64,000 bases of DNA, taken from an uncultured Poribacteria bacterium. Its GTDB lineage: Bacteria > Poribacteria > WGA-4E > WGA-3G. The stretch is taken from assembly GCA_951828515.1 (NCBI GenBank), contig OX639992.1, positions 2,146,217 through 2,210,216 on the forward strand, written 5' to 3'. This document shows, piece after piece, positions 9,651-18,790 of this stretch; position 1 is the first letter of the stretch; the number at the start of each line of letters is the position of its first letter. The notes below the pieces were generated by a model. It was not told the origin of the DNA, ran no database searches, and saw nothing but the letters and a program-made list of their open reading frames with translations. A program made the position numbers and the translations under genes.

Positions 9651-10832
9651 TTAAATTAGTGTCTGATAGGTTAGTACCCGGAATTGGGCGTGGAACGGTG
9701 AATCAGCACCGACCAATTGTGTCATAAAAACGCCGATCAACTCCTCCACAGGATCAATCCAAAACGTGGTGCTTGCCATGCCGCCCCAAGCGCAAGTACC
9801 TACGGAACCGAGCGTGTGCGTTTCAGCGACATCCGTGACAACGGCGAACCCAAGTCCGAAACCGGATCCGGTTCTCTGATTGGGTTGCCAACTGTTAGAA
9901 ATGTGGTCCATCGTTATGAGTTCAACGGTCTTTTTTCCAAGCAATCGCACGCCGTCGAGTTCGCCACCGTTGAGTACCATCTGACAGAATCGGAGATAAT
10001 CCGGGGCAGTTGATTGTAACCCGCCGCCACCAGAGTGGAAAAAACTCAGCGGTCCAGTTGCCGCATGAACCTTCTCAATTGCTTGAAGTTCACCGTTTTC
10101 CCCGAATTCATATACCTTTGAATATCGGTCAGCATTTTTAACTGGCACCGAAAAACCGGTGTCCTTCATGCCTAAAGGCTCCAAAATACGAGTTTTCAAA
10201 AACGTCTCAAGCGGCATACCGGATACGATTCCTACAAGGTAGCCGAGTACGTCGGTAGACATACCGTACTTCCATGCGTCACCTGGATGGTGAAGGAGCG
10301 GAATACTTCCGAGCTTTTGTATCATGTTCGCGAGGTCGCCGCCGTAGAGGTCCGCATCTTCATACTGCTGATCGATTGGGTGATCCTCTCGATCACTCTC
10401 GTAGATAAGTCCGGCAGTATGTGTAAGTAAATGTTTTATTGTCACCTCGCGTTCCGCATCAACAATAGCACTGCCGTCTTCAGTGTAAACCTTCATGTCT
10501 TTGAAAGCCGGAACAAATTCGGAGACAGGTGTACTGAGCTGAAAATGACCTTCCTCATAGAGCATCATCACCGCGACGCTGGTAATCGGCTTCGTCATCG
10601 AATAAATGCGGAAAATGGTGTTACATTCTACCGGTTTAGCGGCAGCGATATCCTGCATACCAAACTTTTCAAAATGGACGAGTTTTCCTTTACGCGCTAT
10701 CATTGTCAAGGCACAAGGGATTTTCCCGTTGTCAACATAGCCTTGCATGATCGGCGCAATACGTTCTAACCGTGAGGTCGATATGCCCACATCTTCAGGA
10801 ATCGCTCGCGGCAATCCTTCATATATTGTCAT
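9651..10832 (-). CDS. Serine hydrolase, beta-lactamase/class C-like family (paralog 2, no signal peptide)
   Basis: IYSMTK, LLTHTAG, WKYG; highly similar to paralog 1. Confidence 0.9.
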   Translation of the reverse strand: MTIYEGLPRAIPEDVGISTSRLERIAPIMQGYVDNGKIPCALTMIARKGKLVHFEKFGMQDIAAAKPVECNTIFRIYSMTKPITSVAVMMLYEEGHFQLSTPVSEFVPAFKDMKVYTEDGSAIVDAEREVTIKHLLTHTAGLIYESDREDHPIDQQYEDADLYGGDLANMIQKLGSIPLLHHPGDAWKYGMSTDVLGYLVGIVSGMPLETFLKTRILEPLGMKDTGFSVPVKNADRYSKVYEFGENGELQAIEKVHAATGPLSFFHSGGGGLQSTAPDYLRFCQMVLNGGELDGVRLLGKKTVELITMDHISNSWQPNQRTGSGFGLGFAVVTDVAETHTLGSVGTCAWGGMASTTFWIDPVEELIGVFMTQLVGADSPFHAQFRVLTYQTLI

Positions 10833-11031
10833 TAAGTCTCCAGTAAGATGGCTGTCGGCTTTACGGCTTTCAGCGGTCAGAAGATTAGCGGTCAGGTCGG
10901 TTTTTTCTGCGAAAAAACCTTTCAGCAGTCAGGGAAGAGGTGTTTTTGATAGAGTGTTTCCCCACGTTTAAGTTCACTCTCTTTGCTGATTGCCAATTGC
11001 CATCTTGCTGATTACTGATCGTCGATAGCCA

Positions 11032-12237
11032 TTATTCAGTGAGTGCCTGATAGGTTAAAACCTTAAATTGTTGGTGGAAAGGGTAAGGGTTACTGAGAAG
11101 CTGCGTCATGAGCAAGCCGATTAATTTTTCTTCAGGGTCGATCCAGAAGGTGGTAGCGGCGGCACCGCCCCAACTGAAATTCCCTACGGACTCCAGAATG
11201 TTTGGGGGTTCCTTATCCGTAACGACAGCAAAACCGAGTCCAAACCAATCATCATGATGAGGGTAGCGCATCAACTCAACAGTCTTTCTGCCCAATATGC
11301 GGACACCGTCTAACTCACCGCCATTGAGCAACATTTGACAAAATCGCATATAATCTGCAGCGGTTGAAACGAGACCTCCACCGCCTGATGGGAAAAAACT
11401 GACTTCATCGTTCGCGAGAGGTGCATTCTCGACACGTTCCAGTCCATTCTCTTTGTTAGGTCTATAGAGTGCCGCAAATCTGTCGACCTTCTCCGATGGC
11501 ACTGAAAACGCTGTGTCTACCATGCCAAGGGGTCCAAAAAGACGCGTCTGGAGGAATTCTTCAAAAGGCATCCCAGCAACCACTTCCACGAGGTAGCCGA
11601 GTACGTCAACGGAGACACCATAGGTCCACCTTTCACCCGGTTCGTGAACGAGTGGAATGTCGCCGAGTTTTTTCACCATATCCGCCAATGTCGAGCCGGT
11701 TTCAAAGATTTTTAGTTCCTTGTAGCGTTCATCGACGGGTTTATCGCCCCAGCCGTAAGTCAACCCAGCGGTATGCATGAGGAGGTGTTTGATGGTTACC
11801 TCTTTCTCCGCATCCAAGATTTCAGTCTGGTCCTCGTTGTAGACCTTCATATTTTCAAATTCAGGAATAAATTGGGAGACGGGGGTACCGAGTTGAAAAT
11901 GTCCCTCCTCATAAAGCATCATCACTGCAACACTGGTAATCGGTTTCGACATGGAATAGATACGGAATATCGTATTCGGCTCAACGGATTTGTTCTCCTC
12001 AACATCTCGCATACCGATGGTTTCAAAATGAACAATTTTCCCGCGTCTCGCCACGACCGTCAGGAATCCCGGTATACGTCCGTCATCAACATAATTTTGC
12101 ATGACAGGACGGATGCGTTCAAGGCGTTCAGCGGAAACACCAACCTCCTCTGGCACCGTCATTGGTAGTCCTTGTCCGAAAGCAAATGTGGTGGTATAAA
12201 AAAGCAGTAAACACGTGTAGATTAATAATTTCCTCAA
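11032..12237 (-). CDS. Serine hydrolase, beta-lactamase/class C-like family (paralog 3, signal peptide)
   Basis: IYSMSK, LLMHTAG, WTYG; probable TTG start at 12237 after AAGGAG, giving signal peptide MRKLLIYTCLLLFYTTTFA. Confidence 0.88.
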   Translation of the reverse strand: MRKLLIYTCLLLFYTTTFAFGQGLPMTVPEEVGVSAERLERIRPVMQNYVDDGRIPGFLTVVARRGKIVHFETIGMRDVEENKSVEPNTIFRIYSMSKPITSVAVMMLYEEGHFQLGTPVSQFIPEFENMKVYNEDQTEILDAEKEVTIKHLLMHTAGLTYGWGDKPVDERYKELKIFETGSTLADMVKKLGDIPLVHEPGERWTYGVSVDVLGYLVEVVAGMPFEEFLQTRLFGPLGMVDTAFSVPSEKVDRFAALYRPNKENGLERVENAPLANDEVSFFPSGGGGLVSTAADYMRFCQMLLNGGELDGVRILGRKTVELMRYPHHDDWFGLGFAVVTDKEPPNILESVGNFSWGGAAATTFWIDPEEKLIGLLMTQLLSNPYPFHQQFKVLTYQALTE

Positions 12238-12439
12238 TCTGTTCTCCTTCTTCTTACCTATAGTAACTCCCAAGAAGTTATAAACATCGCCACGACCGGA
12301 CTTGTACAATTTGTTGATAGACGATGTCAGAAAACCTCACCAGCAGTGAAAACAATATACCGAGAGATGGATGCTATTTCCCTAATGATTTTGCTGGTAT
12401 GGTGCGGTGGGAAACCGCACCTACCGGTTTTGAATAGTC

Positions 12440-13246
12440 TTACGGTACACGCTTAAGGTATCCCCAGCGTGTTGCGAGTTTGCCACCGGGTTCAACACTG
12501 AGAATTGCGGCTAATCCGACATCCATCGCTTCCTGAATTTCCGCTTCGGTTCGTGCGACATTGGAGATGCGTACCTCATCAATGACACCTTTCAATCCAT
12601 TTGCGTTATTGAGGTTCGGCACACCGATTGTAATCGGATCTGCGCTCTGAAACGTGGTGCCATTGGGTGCTTCAATTTCCAATTCACCATCGACATACGC
12701 GCGTCCCATTTTGCCATCATAGGTAAAGGCGAGATGATGCCACTTGTCGTCGGTGATCTTAGTCGTGGCATCTATACTAAATCCACATGCCCCATTTGCT
12801 CCGATTTCTGAATGCAGCACATGTTGATCTACATGAACCCAGATACCGTAGTTTCGGTTGCCGCATCCTGCCTGCTGTTTGCAAACGATGCCCTGCCACT
12901 TACCTGTGCCCTCTTCCACTTTGACCCATGCTTCAATACTGAGTGTCTCCAATTCCAGTTTCTTGGTAGATTCAACAACGACGTAACCACCGTCATTCCC
13001 GGGAAATTCTAATCCGCCCCCGAATTCTGCCTTGACCCATTTAGGTTTCCCCGCGAATTCGCCATCGTGTCCGTTACCAGAAACGTCTTTCACTACATCG
13101 CCGGCACCTTCGTCAAAGAGCCAGACGGCGACGGTATTTTCGTCAACCGCTGCATCTGCGAACAGACCCCCGAACAGTGCCAAAACTACTACTGCGATGA
13201 AAAGAAACTTGATGCTATAGATAGATTTTGTCTCTGTAGCGTGCAT
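12440..13246 (-). CDS. Secreted LamG-like (concanavalin A-like) domain protein
   Basis: Signal peptide; W.FDEG.G..V.D.SGNG, WHHLA.TYDG...YVDG, G.IDEVRI; C-terminal VEPGGKLATRWGYLK. Confidence 0.88.
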   Translation of the reverse strand: MHATETKSIYSIKFLFIAVVVLALFGGLFADAAVDENTVAVWLFDEGAGDVVKDVSGNGHDGEFAGKPKWVKAEFGGGLEFPGNDGGYVVVESTKKLELETLSIEAWVKVEEGTGKWQGIVCKQQAGCGNRNYGIWVHVDQHVLHSEIGANGACGFSIDATTKITDDKWHHLAFTYDGKMGRAYVDGELEIEAPNGTTFQSADPITIGVPNLNNANGLKGVIDEVRISNVARTEAEIQEAMDVGLAAILSVEPGGKLATRWGYLKRVP

Positions 13247-13442
13247 AATCAGTTCCCCCTTTTTGAGGCATTCTACCAGAAAAGGAATCTTAAGTCAAAC
13301 GTTTGGTGGTGCATTTCAGAAGCATTCAGTTATCAGTGGTCAGCAGTCAGTAGCCCCTTGTGACAGTCGCAAACGTCCTCAATGACCACAACTGCTCTTT
13401 ACCGAAGGCTGATAACCGATACCCAATACAGCGATAAAAATG

Positions 13443-13471
13443 TTGACACGAGATTACGCATCGCATATAAT
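13443..13471 (+). promoter_or_regulatory. Consensus sigma70 promoter
   Basis: TTGACA-17 nt-TATAAT, 70 bp upstream of the oxidoreductase ATG. Confidence 0.85.
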
Positions 13472-13541
13472 TCGCATGTTCAGTTGTCGGCGCGTGTTGG
13501 ACACGCGTGAATCACGAGGGGCATATAAGGAGGCTTACTTC

Positions 13542-14711
13542 ATGGCAGAACGAATTAAAATGGGATTAGTCGGATGCGGCGGTATGTCCGGTGCACACAT
13601 GGGTGGGTATCGCGAACTCTGGTCGAAAGGCATCAGGGATTATGAGATCGTGGCGGCGTGCGATATCGCGGTGGAACGCGCTGAAGAACGTGCAAATCAG
13701 GCACACGAGTTACAAGGTGGAACGAAGCCCGCTGTCTATACAGAACTTGATGATATGCTGGCGAAGCACCCCGATCTGGAGTGCGTTGACATTTGTGCCC
13801 TCCACAGTGCACATCATACGCTCGCTGTGCCTGCACTCGATGCTGGAAAACATGTTATTATTGAAAAGCCATTCGGTATCACAATGCGGGCATGCAAACT
13901 GATGATGGAAGCCGCGGATCGCAACGATAGGATCATCTCTGTCGCTGAAAACTATCGTCTGGCACGCATCCAACGCACCCGCAGTTGGGCAATCGCCCAA
14001 GGACGTATCGGTGATCCTCGTATGTTCTTCTGGGTAGAGGCCGGCGAAGGTTTAGGGAAATGGGGTTGGCGCAACTTTAAGATGGATGCAGGCGGCGGTT
14101 GGGCATTAGACGGCGGTGTGCATTTCACGGATCTGATGCGCTATATTCTCGGTATGGAAGCCGAAGAAGTCTATGCGATCAACAAGGCTTATGAACCTTT
14201 TCGCTACGATAATCCCGCAGAAAGAGAAGGTGGATATGCCGTTGACGTTGAGGACGCGATGATCGCCACTATCAAATTTGAGCAGGGCGTTACAGCGCAG
14301 TGGACATGGGTAGGTTCTGCCCCTGGACACGGTTTCCGTCAACACACCGTTTACGGCAGCGAAGGATCGCTTGATTGGAACCAAGGGTTGGTGCCGCGCG
14401 GCGGCGAACCGATCTCCAATGATGACCTCATGCAGGAGTTCACAAATAGCCTCAGTGACTCGGAACGGGAATACTACTTCCCGGGCGGTGTGGAAGATAC
14501 CGTCGCGATTGAACTGAAATACTTCGCCGATGCCATTCGGAGCGGTGGTCAACCGGAAGTGGATGCCGTTGAAGGCATGCGGTCGGAAGCCATCTGCATG
14601 GCAGTCTATGAATCGGGATGGTTCGGTCGTCCAGTGACAATTGAAGAGATCGAAAACTGCGAGTTGGAAGGCTATCAGAAGGAGATTAACGATAAATTAG
14701 GAATTTTCTAA
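13542..14711 (+). CDS. Gfo/Idh/MocA family NAD(P)-dependent oxidoreductase
   Basis: GLVGCGGM, GKHVIIEKP, GGGWALDGGVH..D; AAGGAGG RBS before ATG at 13542. Confidence 0.9.
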   Translation: MAERIKMGLVGCGGMSGAHMGGYRELWSKGIRDYEIVAACDIAVERAEERANQAHELQGGTKPAVYTELDDMLAKHPDLECVDICALHSAHHTLAVPALDAGKHVIIEKPFGITMRACKLMMEAADRNDRIISVAENYRLARIQRTRSWAIAQGRIGDPRMFFWVEAGEGLGKWGWRNFKMDAGGGWALDGGVHFTDLMRYILGMEAEEVYAINKAYEPFRYDNPAEREGGYAVDVEDAMIATIKFEQGVTAQWTWVGSAPGHGFRQHTVYGSEGSLDWNQGLVPRGGEPISNDDLMQEFTNSLSDSEREYYFPGGVEDTVAIELKYFADAIRSGGQPEVDAVEGMRSEAICMAVYESGWFGRPVTIEEIENCELEGYQKEINDKLGIF

Positions 14712-14920
14712 TTATTCCTTGCGGTTCGTTTAGGGAGCCTTAGAGCATTCACGTTTCTTTCCGTATATCCGCCTGCGCCGTTGTTGCAGGCTATGGTTTG
14801 GGTTTAATGTTTCATTTTTAACCGAAAACCTGCTCGTAATGAAATTAGGTTCTCCTTAAATGGCATAATTCGTCTTTGCTTTACCTATGGAGAGCAGTCT
14901 AGGGGGACATAAATTAAAAA

Positions 14921-15721
14921 ATGAATCGACTGAATGGAAAAGTTGCGATTGTTACAGGTGCCGGCAAAAAAGGGGAAGTCGACGGCACGGGTTATGCGAC
15001 ATCAATGCTCTTCGCCAGAGAGGGTGCGAAAGTACTGTTGGCAGACATCTCCCTTGAAAATGCGAACGCCACACTGGCAGAGATCGAAGCAGAAGGGGGC
15101 GAAGCATCGGTATTCATCGGAGATGTGTCTACAGAGGCAGCCTGTGCTGAAATGGTAGAAGCCACCGTCGAACGTTTCGGCAAAGTGAACGTCCTCTTTA
15201 ACAACGTCGGACTTGGCGGTTCCGGGACGGTCACGCAGGTGGACGAAGAGAAGTGGGACAGAGTCATGGATGTCAACCTCAAAAGCATGATTATGGCGAG
15301 TAAGTATGCGGTACCACGGATGGCTGAGGCAGGCGGCGGCTCAATTATCAACGTCTCGTCCATCGATGCGTTGCGGGCGGGTTCATCTCGAAATCTACCG
15401 TATGCCGCCGCAAAAGGTGGGATGATTTCTGCAACAACAGTGATGGCGGTTCACCACGGACGAGATAATATTCGGGTGAATTGCATCGCGCCCGGACATC
15501 TTTACGCTTCATTCCCTGCGCCGTATTTGAGCGAAGCGGAGCGGGAACGGCGACGGCTTATCGGACCGCTCGGTACGGAGGGGACTGCATGGGATGTCGC
15601 TTGGGCGACCGTTTTTCTCGCCAGTGACGAATCGAAATGGATCTCTGGTGTCACGATTCCGATCGATGCGGGTCTACTCGCCGCAACGCCACTCGCTGTT
15701 GTGCATCAGCTTGATGAATAG
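14921..15721 (+). CDS. Short-chain dehydrogenase/reductase (SDR)
   Basis: VTGAG, NNVG, catalytic S and YAAAK, IRVNCIAPG. Confidence 0.92.
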   Translation: MNRLNGKVAIVTGAGKKGEVDGTGYATSMLFAREGAKVLLADISLENANATLAEIEAEGGEASVFIGDVSTEAACAEMVEATVERFGKVNVLFNNVGLGGSGTVTQVDEEKWDRVMDVNLKSMIMASKYAVPRMAEAGGGSIINVSSIDALRAGSSRNLPYAAAKGGMISATTVMAVHHGRDNIRVNCIAPGHLYASFPAPYLSEAERERRRLIGPLGTEGTAWDVAWATVFLASDESKWISGVTIPIDAGLLAATPLAVVHQLDE

Positions 15722-15899
15722 GCATGAAGGGCGAGGTTAGGATTATTTAGTACTCTGTCATCAGCTACTATAGACATACCACTCCGCTGGAGTGGAAAAA
15801 CACGCCACTATCAGGAAAACTGAATAGCCATAGGCGAGGTTAGGAAACCTCGCCAGCGGTAAGAGTAGGCAACTGTAAGAAAAGGAACACCAGCAGTAG

Positions 15900-15930
15900 A
15901 AAACGGGCAATGGACTGAAGTCCATTGCCC
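15900..15930 (-). terminator. Rho-independent terminator
   Basis: Minus strand GGGCAATGGAC-TTCA-GTCCATTGCCC-GTTTT, just after the stop at 15946. Confidence 0.75.
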
Positions 15931-15945
15931 ATTGTTTAACAATCC

Positions 15946-18177
15946 TTATTGCTGGGTATGATCAGGATCGTCCCCTTCCTGACCCGACATCATGTTTTTG
16001 CTTGCCATGAGGTTGTATGTCATGTCAGGCGGTGGAGAATTATCCGACCAATTTGCAGCTTCACGATCCCATATCACCTGAATCGATGCTTGATCTTCCG
16101 TCGTTGAGAGGAAGATCTGAACGCTGTACGTCGTTGAATTATTGGGGTCGCCGGCGGTGCCGATGTGGCAGGGTTTATCAGCATCGTAACAGGCTCCATC
16201 GGTTTGTGTAAATTCTGTTATTGTTGAATCATCGTCTGGGATGAGCATGAATCCATTGCCGATGAAATTTGCCTCGCCATTTTCCCCTGGTGTCTGGCGC
16301 GGACCCTCGTAATTTTCTGGATAGTATATCCATACTAACCATCCTTGTTTAGACTGATCTGCATCATAATAGTGTGATTGTTGCGCCCAATCGCTATCAG
16401 TCGGTCGCACGGTAGCCGTCGCCGTAAATCTCACCGACCCCGTGATTCCAGTAGCAGTTACTGTGACAGTGTACGTGCCAGTCGTTTTACCCAACCGCAG
16501 TATCGTGCTTGCCTGACCGTCTGACCCTGTGGTAGTACTCGCAGGATTCAGGACCCCAACGCTTGGACTCACACTGAAACTCACGGTGGCATCCGGTAAG
16601 GGATTATTGTATTGATCCCACACTTTGACGACAAGAGGGTTCGTCAAGTGTTGATAGGCTTCCTTACTCTGATTGTCGCCACTGACCTTCTGCAACGTCG
16701 CCGCTCGCGGTGGCTCGATAGCCGTGGCTGTAAATGTCACCGATGTTAGTCCAGTTACACTCGCTGTGACGGTGTAGGTGGTAGCCGTGCCACCAAGCTG
16801 CAATGTAGTGCTGGCTTGACCGTCTGAACCTGTAGTCGCACTCGTAGGACTCAGAACACCACTATTTGGACTCACACTGAAATTCACTGTGACACCCGAT
16901 AGTGCAGCACTGTTCTGATCCAGCACCCTCACAACAAGAGGGTTCGTCAAGTATTGACTGGTACGCGCAGTCTGACCATCGCCACTCATCTTTTCCAGCG
17001 TCGTCGCCACCAGTGTTGGTGGCGGTGGTGGTGGGGGTGCGGTAGCCGTCGCTGTAAATGTGACAGACGATACCCCAGACGCACTCGCTACCACGGTATA
17101 TGTGTCTGCCGTGCTGCCAAGTTGCAGCAGGGTGCTTGCCTGACCGTTTGAATCCGTGGTATCACTCGTAGGACTCAGAACACCACTATTTGGATTCACT
17201 GTGAAATTCACTGTGACATCCGATAGCACAGCACTGTTCTGATCCAGAACTCTCACAACAAGAGGATTCGCCAAATGTTGACCGGTTTCAGCACTCTGAC
17301 CATCGCCACTGACTACCTCCAACGTTGACGCTCGCAGTGGCTCGGTAGCCGTTGCCGTAAATTCGACCGATGTTAGCTCAGTTACACTCGCTGTGACGGT
17401 GCAGGTGGTAGCCGTGCTACCAAGCTGAAGTGTGGTACTTGCTTGACCGTTTGATCCTGTGGTCGCACTCGTGGGATTCAGCGTTCCGCTTGGACTCACA
17501 CTGAAATTCACTGTGACACCTGATAGCACAGCACTGTTCTGATCCAGAACTCTCACAATAAGAGGGAGCGTCAAGTGTTGACTGGTTTCAGCACTCTGAT
17601 TATTACCACTGTACATCTCCAGCGTCGTCGCTGTTCGTACCGATTGCTGCGTGCCACCGTCCCCGTTATTGCCACCATTGTTATTACCACCATTGTTAGG
17701 CGGCGGTGGCGGCGGTGGCGAATTTTTAACCACTGGAGGGGGCGGTGGCGGTGGTGGTGAATTTTTAACCACTGGAGGGGGTGGCGGTGGTGGTAGGTTA
17801 TTGACAACCGGTTGATCGTTAGTTTGGGTCTGAGTTTGCAGTGCCGCCACAATCTCTGTAGTGTCTATTACCCTTTCTGCATGTACAATTTGCTTGCCTT
17901 CATAATAGAACATGTAAACAAGTTTTCTCGGATGAACATGGATGATCGGAATATTGTTGGCAGCCCCTCCCGTTCTCTGAGGTCTAAATTTAAGGCAAGA
18001 CGATTCAACACCGTTATAAAGGCAGATGGAACTTTCAGTCGAGACAATATATCGGTCTATATCGTTAGGTGTCAGCATTGAACCCGTGTAAGGCATATCG
18101 GAACAACCGATTATGCTGAAAAGCATAATGAGGATGCCACTGATTAAGCTTAACGATAAAGGTATGTTTTTTTTCAT
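15946..18177 (-). CDS. Surface lipoprotein with Pro-rich linkers and four invasin/intimin-like (Big_1) Ig repeats
   Basis: Lipobox IIGC; poly-Pro tracts; four ~100 aa repeats (SG..Q....L..PLVVRVLDQN...V.F.V...TT.S.GQAST.L.LG...YTVTA); start placed at MKKNIP. Confidence 0.8.
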   Translation of the reverse strand: MKKNIPLSLSLISGILIMLFSIIGCSDMPYTGSMLTPNDIDRYIVSTESSICLYNGVESSCLKFRPQRTGGAANNIPIIHVHPRKLVYMFYYEGKQIVHAERVIDTTEIVAALQTQTQTNDQPVVNNLPPPPPPPVVKNSPPPPPPPPVVKNSPPPPPPPNNGGNNNGGNNGDGGTQQSVRTATTLEMYSGNNQSAETSQHLTLPLIVRVLDQNSAVLSGVTVNFSVSPSGTLNPTSATTGSNGQASTTLQLGSTATTCTVTASVTELTSVEFTATATEPLRASTLEVVSGDGQSAETGQHLANPLVVRVLDQNSAVLSDVTVNFTVNPNSGVLSPTSDTTDSNGQASTLLQLGSTADTYTVVASASGVSSVTFTATATAPPPPPPPTLVATTLEKMSGDGQTARTSQYLTNPLVVRVLDQNSAALSGVTVNFSVSPNSGVLSPTSATTGSDGQASTTLQLGGTATTYTVTASVTGLTSVTFTATAIEPPRAATLQKVSGDNQSKEAYQHLTNPLVVKVWDQYNNPLPDATVSFSVSPSVGVLNPASTTTGSDGQASTILRLGKTTGTYTVTVTATGITGSVRFTATATVRPTDSDWAQQSHYYDADQSKQGWLVWIYYPENYEGPRQTPGENGEANFIGNGFMLIPDDDSTITEFTQTDGACYDADKPCHIGTAGDPNNSTTYSVQIFLSTTEDQASIQVIWDREAANWSDNSPPPDMTYNLMASKNMMSGQEGDDPDHTQQ

Positions 18178-18712
18178 TACTTCAAAGTCCTTTTGCGTTA
18201 CTATTATTGTTTTGACGCAATGCTGACAGAATATATCACGCATTTTTAACTTTATTCTCTCCATAATACTATTCCTCTGCCCGAGAATTGTGCCCACACG
18301 AACGGCACATTTATAGTAAAGTCAACAATTAACTATACACCCACCGGAAGGCGAGGTTAGAAACCTCGCCAGCGGCGGAACGGTGCTTGTGTTTCTAAAG
18401 TGTGCACTTATTTTTAGGATTTACTATAAATCGCATAGCGAAATCTAATTACATCCGCCATTTCGTGGATTATAATACGCAAATATGACTTTGCAGTTAC
18501 ATACTGCTTCCACCCGCTATGTTGACCCAAAAGCGGAAATGGAGTCGCGTTCTACCGCGATGTGTCTGGATTCGGAGCACACCTACGGGAAAACTATGGT
18601 GATTTGAGTGTGAATGCCGCTAAGGGCATTCACACTGGGAACCCAAACTAAAAGTTTATGCTACAAAGATGTCTATTTATTTCTATAATTCGCTATAAAT
18701 ACCCCTACGTTA

Positions 18713-18754
18713 AAAAAAAGAGAACGGGCAATGCCATCGCGGGCACCACCCGTT
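18713..18754 (-). terminator. Probable Rho-independent terminator
   Basis: AACGGGTGGTGCC...GGCATTGCCCGTT stem followed by a T run on the minus strand, after the stop at 18791. Confidence 0.55.
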
Positions 18755-18790
18755 CATTGTTTCAAAGAATGTAATTGGAATATCCGTTGG

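Noticed and set aside
8367..12309. Bona fide antibiotic-resistance beta-lactamases
   Set aside because: The class C KTG triad is replaced by WGG and two lack signal peptides; more like family VIII esterases or amidases, activity unknown
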